Below, in pieces: positions 25,888 through 34,359 of a stretch of DNA of 64,000 nucleotides. The number at the start of each line of letters is the position of its first letter. Within the stretch, counting starts at the first letter, position 1. The translations under genes were made by a program, and so were the position numbers. Source of the stretch: an uncultured Solirubrobacterales bacterium. Its GTDB lineage: Bacteria; Actinomycetota; Thermoleophilia; Solirubrobacterales; Solirubrobacteraceae. The notes beneath the pieces are model-generated. The model made no database searches. It was not told the DNA's origin and saw only the letters and a program-made list of their open reading frames with translations. The stretch is taken from the NCBI GenBank assembly GCA_963715765.1, contig OY970270.1, forward strand, positions 1,361,412 to 1,425,411. Direction: 5' to 3'.

Positions 25888-26244
25888 TTAGAGCCCAGGT
25901 AGCCCAAGGCCGCCAAGCGCGCCGGGATCGAGACCGCCCGTGACCGCGCCCATCCGCTTGGCCGCAAGCTCCTGGGCGGAGCGCAGCGCCTCGTTGGTGG
26001 CGGCAAGCACAAGGTCGCACAGCATGTCCACGTCCTCGGGATCGACGGCCTCGGGGGCGATCTTGACCGAACGCAGCTCCAGCTCACCAGTGACGGTCAC
26101 AGTGACCATGCCGCCACCAGCTGATGCCTCGACGGTCTCGTTGGCGAGCTCCTGCTGGGCGACCTCCATGTCGTGCTGCATCTTTTGCACCTGCTTGAGC
26201 ATCTGCTGCATGTTGGGTTGCCGCTGTCGTGGCTGTTGTGGCAC
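25888..26244 (-). CDS. ybaB: YbaB/EbfC nucleoid-associated protein
   Basis: NMQQMLKQVQKMQHDMEVAQQELANETVEASAGGGMVTVTVTGELELRSVKIAPEAVDPEDVDMLCDLVLAATNEAL. The start may be GTG 26244 or ATG 26211. Confidence 0.88.
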   Translation of the reverse strand: MPQQPRQRQPNMQQMLKQVQKMQHDMEVAQQELANETVEASAGGGMVTVTVTGELELRSVKIAPEAVDPEDVDMLCDLVLAATNEALRSAQELAAKRMGAVTGGLDPGALGGLGLPGL

Positions 26245-26246
26245 CG

Positions 26247-27890
26247 CTAATCGCCGCCTTTCTGCTGTTGAAGCCAATCCTCGGGAAGCTCCTCCGCGTC
26301 GAGCTCCGCGACCAGTCGCGCCATGATCTCCTCCTCTGTCGGAGGCGTGCCGCCCGCACCCGCCTCTGCCGGCAGATCCTCGCGCAGCTCAAACGCCACG
26401 CGGTAGCGCCGCCCGCTGAGACGGTGCAACGTGTCGAGAAGGGTGGCGCGATTGGCTGGGTCTTCGGCCTTGCGCTTGTGAAACGCGGCGGTCGGAGGAA
26501 ACGCGAGCACCAGCTCCTCCTCGGTGAGAGTTGCCGGCGTGGCCTCGTTCAGCACCGCACCCAGCAGGCCATGCTCGGCGCGCACCGACTCGTGCACGGC
26601 CGGCCACAGCGCATCGAGGTCACCGTTGAGATGGGGCTGCTCGTCTGACACTAGGGGCTGTTCGTCTGGCACTTCCGCGGGAGGCGGCGGCTCGGGCTCA
26701 GGAGCCGCGGGAGGCCGCAGGGACTGCGGGGTGTCGCCCGCAAGTGCCTGCTCGAGCCGCTCGATGCGTGCGAGCAGTGCGCGGGTGGAGCCGTCGACCT
26801 GGGGGGTGGCGGCCTTGACGAGCGCGAGCTCGAGCTGCGTGCGGGGGTCCGCGCCCGCACGCACCGCCTCCAGCGCTGCGCCCAAGAGGTCGAGCAGACG
26901 CACCACATCGGCGCGCCCCACACGCTGCGATTGCTCGCGCAGGCGCTCGTCGATCTCGGGCGTCAACGACAGCTCGGGGGGCACGTCGCCGAGTGTTTGC
27001 ACGACCAACAGCTCGCGCGCGCGGCCCTCCAGATCGCGCGTGAGAGAGCCCGCGTCACGACCGCCATCGGCACAGCGCGCGACCGCCAGCAGCGCGTCGC
27101 GGGCATCGCCGCGGGCGACGGCATCGAACGCGTCCGCGAGCAACTGCTCGTCGGCAACCCCCAGCACCGCCAGCACATCCTCCAGCCTGACCTGCGTGCC
27201 GCTGTAGGTGACCAGCTGCTCGAGTGTGCCCAGCGCGTCACGGAAGCTGCCGGTGGCCGAGCGCGCGATCGCGGCGACTGCCTCAGGGGGGATCTCGATC
27301 GACTCGGCCGCCGCGGCGCGCATCACGACGCTTGCGATCTGCTCGACCGTGGGACGGTGGAAGTCGAAGCGGTGGCAGCGATCCACGACGGTCGCCGGCA
27401 CCTTGCCGGCCTCGGTGGTGGCCAACACGAACACAGTATTGGCGGGCGGCTCCTCGAGCGTCTTCAGAAACGCGTTCCAGGCGGCCTGGGAGAGCATGTG
27501 GGCCTCGTCGAGGATGTAGACCTTGTGGCGGCCCGACACTGGCGCGAACACGACCGACTCGCGCAATTCGCGGATGTCGTCGACCGAGTTGTTGGAGGCA
27601 GCGTCCATCTCGATCACATCGAGCGAGGTGGCACTGGCGATCGCACGGCAGGAGTCGCACTGTCCGCACGGGGTGACCGTTGGGCCCTGCTCGCAGTTCA
27701 GACAGCAAGCGAGGATCTTGGCCATCGAGGTCTTGCCGGTGCCGCGCGAGCCGACGAACAGGTAGGCGTGATGGACCTTGCCGCGCTCGACGGCATGGCG
27801 CAGGGTGCGCACCACAGCGTCCTGTCCGACAACGTCGTCGAACGAGCGCGGACGGTGTTTGCGATACAGGGATTGAGCGCTGGCGGTCAC
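26247..27890 (-). CDS. dnaX: DNA polymerase III subunit gamma/tau
   Basis: LYRKHRPRSFDDVVGQDAVVRTLRHAVERGKVHHAYLFVGSRGTGKTSMAKILACCLNCEQGPTVTPCGQCDSCRAI...YILDEAHML. Confidence 0.93.
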   Translation of the reverse strand: MTASAQSLYRKHRPRSFDDVVGQDAVVRTLRHAVERGKVHHAYLFVGSRGTGKTSMAKILACCLNCEQGPTVTPCGQCDSCRAIASATSLDVIEMDAASNNSVDDIRELRESVVFAPVSGRHKVYILDEAHMLSQAAWNAFLKTLEEPPANTVFVLATTEAGKVPATVVDRCHRFDFHRPTVEQIASVVMRAAAAESIEIPPEAVAAIARSATGSFRDALGTLEQLVTYSGTQVRLEDVLAVLGVADEQLLADAFDAVARGDARDALLAVARCADGGRDAGSLTRDLEGRARELLVVQTLGDVPPELSLTPEIDERLREQSQRVGRADVVRLLDLLGAALEAVRAGADPRTQLELALVKAATPQVDGSTRALLARIERLEQALAGDTPQSLRPPAAPEPEPPPPAEVPDEQPLVSDEQPHLNGDLDALWPAVHESVRAEHGLLGAVLNEATPATLTEEELVLAFPPTAAFHKRKAEDPANRATLLDTLHRLSGRRYRVAFELREDLPAEAGAGGTPPTEEEIMARLVAELDAEELPEDWLQQQKGGD

Positions 27891-27941
27891 CGTTGGCCAG
27901 TCTACCCGCGGTCACGGCCCGTTCATGTAGCGTGCGCCGCT

Positions 27942-29369
27942 GTGAAGAGTGCAGCCAAGCAAGCACTCGCGATCGTCGCCGGGGCGCTGCTGCTGTGGGC
28001 GATCGCAGGGGTGGGGTTCGTCAATTACGACACGCTGTACGGGCTGGTGTGGGGCCAGCAGCTCTTGCGCGGCGAAACACCCCAATACAACCTGCCGATC
28101 GCGCCGACCCCCCATCCTCTGGTGGAGGCGGTTGGGCTCGTGCTCGCGCCATTGGGTGCAAGCGGCACCGCGGCCGTCACCGTGGCGCTGGCGTTCCTCG
28201 CATTGTCGGCGTGCGGGTGGGTGATCTATCGGCTGGGTAGCGTTTGGTTCGGACGCGCCGCCGGGGCGCTGGCCGCGCTGATCCTGCTGACGCGCGTGCC
28301 GGTGCTGTCCTATGGCGTGCGCGCGTACGTGGACGTGCCCTATCTCTTGCTTGTGCTGGCGGCACTGCTCGTGGAGACGCGCCGTCCTCGCGCGGGAGCA
28401 CCGGTGCTCGTGCTGCTGGGTTTGGCAGGATTGCTGCGCCCGGAGGCATGGGCTTTTTCTGGGATTTATTGGGTCGTGCTGGTCGTCTCATCCACTCGTT
28501 CCTCAGCGCACGCGCGCACGCACGCACAGCTCGCCCGCCTTGCGCTGCTGGCCGCCGCCGCACCCTTGATATGGGTGCTCAGCGACCTGCTGGTGACGGG
28601 CAACGCGATGTGGTCGCTGACCCACACCAAAGAAACCGCAGAGACGCTCGGCCGCGAGACTGGGATCGCGAAGGTGCCGCGTTACATACCCGAGCGCATC
28701 GGCGAAATCCTGCGGGTGCCCGTGCTCGCCGGCGCAGCACTCGGCGGGGTGCTGTCGCTTATGTGGCTGCGCGAGCGAGCGATGCTCGGCGCGGTGGCCG
28801 GAGTGTTGGCGGTGCTCGTGTTTGCTCTGCTGGCCGCGTTTGGCCTGCCGATCGACACGCGCTACGCGTTTCTAGCGGGCGCGATCCTGATCGTGTTTTG
28901 CGGCGCTGGGGTGTTTGGATGGATGGCGCTGCCAGCGGGCGACAGACGCCGGCGTCCGTGGATGATCGCGGGCGCGGTGGTGCTGGTCGCGCTCCTCGCC
29001 TATACGCCCGGTCAGGTGCACTCGGCCCACCGCCAGCTCGACAGCCTGGCGCGCCAGGAAAGCATCCAGGACGACCTGTTGGCGCTTGTGCACAGCGGAG
29101 CGATCGCGCTCAGGTGCGGACCGGTGGGCGTGCCCAACCACGCGCCGATCCCGCTGCTTGCGCTGTACCTGAAAGGACGCCCATCATTGATCGTGAGCGC
29201 CGAAGCACGGTCGATCGAAAGCGGCACCTACGTGGATCCGGCGAGCGTCGAAATCGAACGGGATTACATCCTCGACCCAAGGGACCCGCACGCGGCGGTG
29301 TCGATCCCACCAGGGTTCACCGAGTCGAGCTCCAACCGCTCGTGGCTGATCTTCAAGCACTGCGAATAG
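27942..29369 (+). CDS. Polytopic membrane protein, tentatively a GT-C fold glycosyltransferase (ArnT/PMT/DUF2029-like)
   Basis: GTG at 27942 inside track ORF 26931..29369; the 5' part of that ORF is antisense to dnaX. About 11 predicted TM helices and a soluble C-terminal domain. The family assignment rests on overall pattern only. Confidence 0.5.
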   Translation: MKSAAKQALAIVAGALLLWAIAGVGFVNYDTLYGLVWGQQLLRGETPQYNLPIAPTPHPLVEAVGLVLAPLGASGTAAVTVALAFLALSACGWVIYRLGSVWFGRAAGALAALILLTRVPVLSYGVRAYVDVPYLLLVLAALLVETRRPRAGAPVLVLLGLAGLLRPEAWAFSGIYWVVLVVSSTRSSAHARTHAQLARLALLAAAAPLIWVLSDLLVTGNAMWSLTHTKETAETLGRETGIAKVPRYIPERIGEILRVPVLAGAALGGVLSLMWLRERAMLGAVAGVLAVLVFALLAAFGLPIDTRYAFLAGAILIVFCGAGVFGWMALPAGDRRRRPWMIAGAVVLVALLAYTPGQVHSAHRQLDSLARQESIQDDLLALVHSGAIALRCGPVGVPNHAPIPLLALYLKGRPSLIVSAEARSIESGTYVDPASVEIERDYILDPRDPHAAVSIPPGFTESSSNRSWLIFKHCE

Positions 29370-29430
29370 CGGACCGTGCACCCCTCGTCGAGACTGCGCA
29401 TCCAATCGCCTGATCGCCGCCCGGGACTCC

Positions 29431-29530
29431 GGATCGGGTGCTCCCGCTGCGCCTGCCGGGGATCGCTTAAGGCTGCTTCCTTCCGGACCTGACCTGGTTC
29501 ACAAGCCGACACCGCGCGGGACCCGAGCCA
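29431..29530 (-). ncRNA. ffs: Signal recognition particle RNA (small/4.5S type)
   Basis: The minus strand reads UCGGGUCCCGCGCGGUGUCGGCUUGUGAACCAGGUCAGGUCCGGAAGGAAGCAGCCUUAAGCGAUCCCCGGCAGGCGCAGCGGGAGCACCCGA. It contains the universal domain IV ACCAGGUCAGGUCCGGAAGGAAGCAGCC with a GGAA tetraloop. The ends UCGGGU/ACCCGA and CCCGC/GCGGG pair. The core is 29434-29526 and the ends are uncertain by about 10 nt. Confidence 0.85.
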
Positions 29531-29818
29531 TCGACGCTCCGTGCGGCGGAGCGACCGGAGCGTTGCCCCTCAGAAGGGAGTTCAGCCCCGCTAGAGCGGA
29601 TTGCGGATTCAGGGCGCCGCTACATCCCCGCCTAGCACGGTCCGCGTCGATCCTAGCGCGTGCGACGCTCGCCGCGCGCGTGCCCGCTCGAATGCGCCTC
29701 CTCACAAGAACGCCGAGGCGCGCACCCATGCGTGGACTCCGCGTGACTCGACCCGAATACGGCCGTGTGGACGATCGGGGCACCAACCGACCGTTATGCG
29801 TTACGCTGCCGGGCCGAT

Positions 29819-30427
29819 ATGAACTTCATTCACTCACACACACCCAAACTCTCTCGCGCGCGCCTCGGCCTGGCCGTACCCGCGTTCTGCGCGGTTGCAC
29901 TGATCGCCGGCTGTGGATCGAGCGACTCGAGCACGATCGCCGTTGGCAACGAGTCCGACACCAGCTCGGTGCCCCATGTCAAGGGCGAAACCACTCCCAC
30001 AACCGCCAGCACGCCAACAACGCCAACCAGCACCGTGAAGACCCCGACCAGTGGCCCGCTGTCCAAACAGCCCGCCGTCACCCCGCCCAGCGGTCCCGCG
30101 CCGACCACGCTGGTGAGCAAGGAAATCATCAAAGGCACCGGCGCCGAAGCCAAAGCGGGCGACTCGGTCACGGTCAACTACGTGGGTGTGCTGTACAGCA
30201 CCGGCAAGGAGTTCGACGCTTCCTGGAAGCGCAACGAACCGTTTACGTTCACGCTTGGCAAGGGCCAGGTCATCAAGGGTTGGGACCAGGGCGTTGCAGG
30301 CATGAAGGTGGGTGGCCGGCGCGAGCTGATCATTCCCGCCGAACTCGGCTACGGCAAGTCCGGCTCGCCCCCGACGATCCCGCCGAACTCGGCGCTCGTG
30401 TTCGTGGTGGACCTGCTTGGCGTCTGA
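29819..30427 (+). CDS. FKBP-type peptidyl-prolyl cis-trans isomerase lipoprotein
   Basis: Lipobox VALIAGC. FKBP core GDSVTVNYVGVLYSTGKEFDASWKRNEPFTFTLGKGQVIKGWDQGVAGMKVGGRRELIIPAELGYG. Confidence 0.88.
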   Translation: MNFIHSHTPKLSRARLGLAVPAFCAVALIAGCGSSDSSTIAVGNESDTSSVPHVKGETTPTTASTPTTPTSTVKTPTSGPLSKQPAVTPPSGPAPTTLVSKEIIKGTGAEAKAGDSVTVNYVGVLYSTGKEFDASWKRNEPFTFTLGKGQVIKGWDQGVAGMKVGGRRELIIPAELGYGKSGSPPTIPPNSALVFVVDLLGV

Positions 30428-30526
30428 CGCTGAAGTCTGACGCTGAGCGATCCGAATACCCGCACCGTCAGGCCTCGCGCCACGCCGCTTGATGGCACGA
30501 GAGTTGACAGCGCGGACACCCGCCCG

Positions 30527-31210
30527 GTGCGCTTGGCCGGTGTGCGGGCCGCAATTCTTCCCGCGCTCGCCGTTCTTGCTCTCGCCGCGCTGCTCGCCGG
30601 TTGTGGCTCCGGCTCCTCGCACACGTCGACCAGCGCCGAACTGGCGCTCGAGCGCGCGCAGCTGGTGCAGGTAAGCAACGGGCTGTACCAGCTCGAGGCG
30701 CCTGTGCTGCGGGAGGTAGCCGCATCGCAAATCGCGTGGCCCGCGATCGCAAACGGGCTCCCTGCGACACTCTCGAGTTCTCTGCAACGCGCGGTTGCCA
30801 ATGCGAGCACAGCCGCACGAGCGCTGCCCGAACCGCGGTTCGTGGCGCACGTCAGCGCGCTCACCGGGCCAGCCTCGGGTATCGCGGGACTGTATGAATC
30901 CTTCAGCGCGCTCACCTTGAGAGGATGGCGATTGACCGAAACCGGGATCGCCGCGATCCTGCACGGCACACCTGCCGCTGCGAGCTTTGCCAGGGGCAAC
31001 TCGTCGCTGTATATCGACGCGATCTACGACGGTCACTTTGACCTGTCGTTGCTTGGCAAGAGCCTTGTGAGCGGTTATGAAAAGCTTGGAGGGAGAGCTG
31101 CGTTTGGCGCGAGCCTGCCGCCTGGCGAGGTCACCGCGCTCGCAGCCGCCTACTCGATTCCAGCAGTGAGGCTGGAGCCGCACTCGGGGCGGGTCGTGTC
31201 GGAAGGGTAG
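30527..31210 (+). CDS. Hypothetical lipoprotein
   Basis: MRLAGVRAAILPALAVLALAALLAGCGSGSS is a signal peptide with lipobox. No family recognised. Confidence 0.6.
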   Translation: MRLAGVRAAILPALAVLALAALLAGCGSGSSHTSTSAELALERAQLVQVSNGLYQLEAPVLREVAASQIAWPAIANGLPATLSSSLQRAVANASTAARALPEPRFVAHVSALTGPASGIAGLYESFSALTLRGWRLTETGIAAILHGTPAAASFARGNSSLYIDAIYDGHFDLSLLGKSLVSGYEKLGGRAAFGASLPPGEVTALAAAYSIPAVRLEPHSGRVVSEG

Positions 31211-31268
31211 ACCGACGCGCAGGCGCGTCGGTCACGCAGGGCGCAGGGCCAATAGACTCACGGGTCCA

Positions 31269-31340
31269 GGGCGCGTAGCTCAGTGGGAGAGCGCTCGCTT
31301 CACACGCGAGAGGTCGCAGGTTCGAAACCCGCCGCGCCCA
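31269..31340 (+). tRNA. tRNA-Val (anticodon CAC)
   Basis: GGGCGCG-TA-GCTC-AGTGGGA-GAGC-G-CTCGC-TTCACAC-GCGAG-AGGTC-GCAGG-TTCGAAA-CCCGC-CGCGCCC-A. The cloverleaf fits with one A-C mismatch in the T stem. No CCA is encoded. Confidence 0.9.
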
Positions 31341-31377
31341 TCCGGGAACTGGTCCTCGAGGGCGGGGGCGGTAGGGT

Positions 31378-32199
31378 GTGGTCACCGTGCGCGTTGACGT
31401 TGATGGTGTGGGTATTGAGTATCAGGTGACGGGCGAGGGTCGCCCGGTGGTGTTGCTGCACGGGTTCCCGGACTCGGGGCGGCTGTGGCGCCATCAGGTC
31501 CCGGCGCTGGCGGAGGCGGGATTCAAGGTCATCGTCCCTGACCTGCGTGGCTATGGCCGCTCGGACAAGCCGGAGGAGGTGAAGGCCTACACGATGGACC
31601 TGCTTGTCGGTGACGTGCTGGCCGTGATGGGCGCGGCAGGAGTCGATCGGGCCCATGTGGTTGGCCACGACTGGGGAGCCGGCGTCGCGTGGGCCACCGC
31701 ACTGATGGCCGCAGGCCGCGTCGACCATCTCGTCGCGATGTCGGTCGGGCATCCGGCGACATTCTTCACGGAGGGCTTCGAGCAGCATGAGAAGTCGTGG
31801 TACATGCTCCTGTTCCAGTTCGCCGGTGTCGCCGAGCAGTGGCTGTCCGACAATGATTGGGCCAACTTCCGTGCTTGGGGCCGCCACCCCGAAACGGATG
31901 CGAGGATCGCCGAACTGGAGACAAACGGCTCGTTGACTGCCGGTCTCAACTACTACCGGGCGAACATTCCCCCGGAGCGCTTTCTGCTCTCAGGCCTGCA
32001 ACCCCCGCCTATACAGGCGCCGACGATGGGTCTGTGGAGTTCGGGCGACATCGCGCTCACCGAGGGTCAGATGACCAGATCGGCCGCTCACGTCGCCGGT
32101 CCATGGCGCTATGAGCGCCTGGATGGTCCAGGTCACTGGATGCAGCTCGAGGCGCCGGATGCGGTGAACCGACTGCTGGTAGATTTTCTACCGACATGA
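31378..32199 (+). CDS. Alpha/beta hydrolase (epoxide hydrolase/haloalkane dehalogenase-like)
   Basis: GRPVVLLHGFPDSGRLWRHQVPALAEAGFKVIVPDLRGYGRSDKP...HVVGHDWGAGVAW. Confidence 0.85.
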   Translation: MVTVRVDVDGVGIEYQVTGEGRPVVLLHGFPDSGRLWRHQVPALAEAGFKVIVPDLRGYGRSDKPEEVKAYTMDLLVGDVLAVMGAAGVDRAHVVGHDWGAGVAWATALMAAGRVDHLVAMSVGHPATFFTEGFEQHEKSWYMLLFQFAGVAEQWLSDNDWANFRAWGRHPETDARIAELETNGSLTAGLNYYRANIPPERFLLSGLQPPPIQAPTMGLWSSGDIALTEGQMTRSAAHVAGPWRYERLDGPGHWMQLEAPDAVNRLLVDFLPT

Positions 32200-32275
32200 G
32201 CCTGTGTCCGCCTGAGCTATGCAATGGTGCCCGTAAGCAGGATGAGCGCAGCGGCGCGGCGGGGGGCTGAGCCTA

Positions 32276-33682
32276 ATGGCCAGGATCGTTGTGTTGGGCG
32301 GCGGGGTGTGCGGGCTGGCGTCCGGGCTGATGCTGGCTCGAGACGGGCACGAGGTCACGGTGCTCGAGCGTGACACGGCGCCCGTGCCCGAGTCTGTCGA
32401 TGAAGCGTGGGAGTGGTCGCGCGATGGCGTGAGCCAGTTCCGCATGGCCCACTTCCTGCAGCCCGCCGGTCGAATCGTGCTGGAGCAGGAGCTCCCCGAC
32501 GTCTTTGACGGGCTCGTCTCGGCGGGCGCGATGCGCATGGACCTGCTCGGCCTGATGCCCCCCACCGTGGCCGATCGCACCCCGCGAGCCGGCGATGAGC
32601 GGTTCGTGACCTACACCGCTCGCCGTCCGGTCTTTGAGCAGGTACTGGGACGGGCCGCGGAGGGTGAGCCCAGCCTGCGGGTACGTCGAGGTGTGACCGT
32701 GAAGGAGCCGACCATGCAGATCGGCGACGGGACGCCGCACGTGACCGGCGTACGCCTTGACTCAGGTGAGGCGCTGCAGGCTGACCTGGTGGTGGACGCG
32801 ATGGGCCGGGGCTCGCAACTGCCGCGCTGGTGCAGCGAGGCGAACATCGGGCCGCTGCACGAAGAGTCCGAGGATTCCGGGTTCATCTACTACGGCCGGT
32901 ACTTCCGCTCGCAGGATGGCACAACGCCGCCACCCTTCGGCCCGCTGCTCGCGCCGTTGGGGACGTTCTCGATCCTGACTCTTCCATCAGACAACGGCAC
33001 ATGGTCGGTGACGGTCTATATCTCAAGCGGGGACCAAGCGCTGAAGCGGATGCGCGATCCAGATGCGTGGAGCGCCGTCGTGAAGGCGTGCCCGGCACAT
33101 GCGCATTGGCTTAACGGCGAGCCGATCAGCGACATGATGGCGATGGGCGGGGTGATCGATCGCTACCGCCGTCCGCTGTGCAACGGGCAAGTCCAGCTCA
33201 CCGGTGTCGCGCTGCTCGGCGATGCCAGCGCGTGCACGAACCCCTCGCTGGGTCGTGGGATGTCGCTGGGGCTGCTGCACGCGAAGTGCCTGCGCGAGGT
33301 GGTCGGCTCGCATTTGCGGGATCCACTCGAGTTCGCGCGGGCGTGGGATGCCGCCACCGAGGCACAGCTGACTCCCTGGTATCGAGAGACGGTCGCGGAG
33401 GATCGCAACCGCTTGAGCGAAATCGAGGCGTTGCGCGACGGGCTGGAGCCGCCGCAGCCGAGCGAACCCTCGCAAGTCCTGCGGGGGGCTCTGCTCACGG
33501 CGATAATGCACGATCCCGACCTGTTCAGGGCCTTCCTCGAATCCCGTAGCTGTCTGACGCCGTTGAGCGAGACCTTCACGCGAACGGGCGTGCCTGAGCA
33601 AATCCTTGAGCTGGCGGGCGAACATCAGCGGCTACAGTTGCCGGGTCCCAATCGTGAGGAATTGCTGGGCCTGCTCGGCTGA
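32276..33682 (+). CDS. FAD-dependent oxidoreductase
   Basis: MARIVVLGGGVCGLASGLMLARDGHEVTVLERD is a Rossmann GxGxxG motif. 468 aa. Confidence 0.75.
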   Translation: MARIVVLGGGVCGLASGLMLARDGHEVTVLERDTAPVPESVDEAWEWSRDGVSQFRMAHFLQPAGRIVLEQELPDVFDGLVSAGAMRMDLLGLMPPTVADRTPRAGDERFVTYTARRPVFEQVLGRAAEGEPSLRVRRGVTVKEPTMQIGDGTPHVTGVRLDSGEALQADLVVDAMGRGSQLPRWCSEANIGPLHEESEDSGFIYYGRYFRSQDGTTPPPFGPLLAPLGTFSILTLPSDNGTWSVTVYISSGDQALKRMRDPDAWSAVVKACPAHAHWLNGEPISDMMAMGGVIDRYRRPLCNGQVQLTGVALLGDASACTNPSLGRGMSLGLLHAKCLREVVGSHLRDPLEFARAWDAATEAQLTPWYRETVAEDRNRLSEIEALRDGLEPPQPSEPSQVLRGALLTAIMHDPDLFRAFLESRSCLTPLSETFTRTGVPEQILELAGEHQRLQLPGPNREELLGLLG

Positions 33683-33743
33683 CACGGCGAGGCCAACAAA
33701 CCAGGTAATGAGCGGGGCGTTTAACCTTATCGTGCCGCTGAGG

Positions 33744-34233
33744 TTAACCGTGCCAGTCAACCTCGAAGTGCCCGATTGGCTCATCGAAGCCCTTAACGGC
33801 AATGGGGCCTGCGTCGGAGAATCGTATGCCCTTGCCGCGGCAGAGGTCGTGCACCCCGGATGAAACGACAATGCAATCTGGTTGAGAGCACGAACACAGT
33901 CGCGAGGCTTGTTGCACAGCCGCGCCGAAGAGATCGTTTTGCTCCGTGATGGGCTCTCCCGCAGCGACCCCGATGCGCACATGGAATCGCGACCCCTCAG
34001 CTTCGTTGTGCTCGTGGAGGGCCCTCTGGACTCGCATCGCTGCGCGGACTGCCTGGGACGCCGAGATGAACGAGGCCATGATCCATCACCTGTGTGCTTG
34101 ACTTCACTGCCCCCAAGCTGCGTCAGGGCCGCGCGCACGATTGTGCCTGCACCTCGCGATCACGCAGGTGAGCCTCTGCGATATCGGCAGCCGTCGCATC
34201 CGGAAGGTCGTGACGATCCATGTAGAGCGGCAT
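33744..34233 (-). pseudogene. Decayed composite remnant: a DUF4242-like start fused out of frame to the C-terminal part of a class III nucleotidyl cyclase domain
   Basis: Three frames carry sense in turn. First, MPLYMDRHDLPDATAADIAEAHLRDREVQAQ (ATG 34233, stop after 36 codons). Second, VRAALTQLGGSEVKHTGDG (frame of track ORF 33632..34138). Third, MASFISASQAVRAAMRVQRALHEHNEAEGSRFHVRIGVAAGEPITEQNDLFGAAVQQASRLCS...VKGFDEPIGHF (ORF 33744..34079). The GDG|IMASF junction is broken by 1 nt at about 34080. Confidence 0.6.
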
Positions 34234-34359
34234 CAGGATCGAACTGCACTCCGCCAGGGCACACGGCTAGTGCGGCATACTCATCGAGCTGTCGAACGCA
34301 CAACGCGCACCGGGACGCCTTCGACCGAGGCATCCGGGCGTAAGCATGCGGTGGCGCGG

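Noticed and set aside
26247-27890. Programmed frameshift or slippage site in dnaX (gamma/tau)
   Set aside because: I saw no A-rich slippery run of the A AAA AAG type in this GC-rich gene.
26931-27941. 5' 337 codons of the 812-aa plus-strand ORF 26931..29369
   Set aside because: This part is antisense to dnaX and has no membrane-protein character. The credible gene starts at GTG 27942.
29834-31183. 449-aa minus-strand ORF
   Set aside because: Antisense to the FKBP lipoprotein and the second lipoprotein gene, with a very Arg-rich composition.
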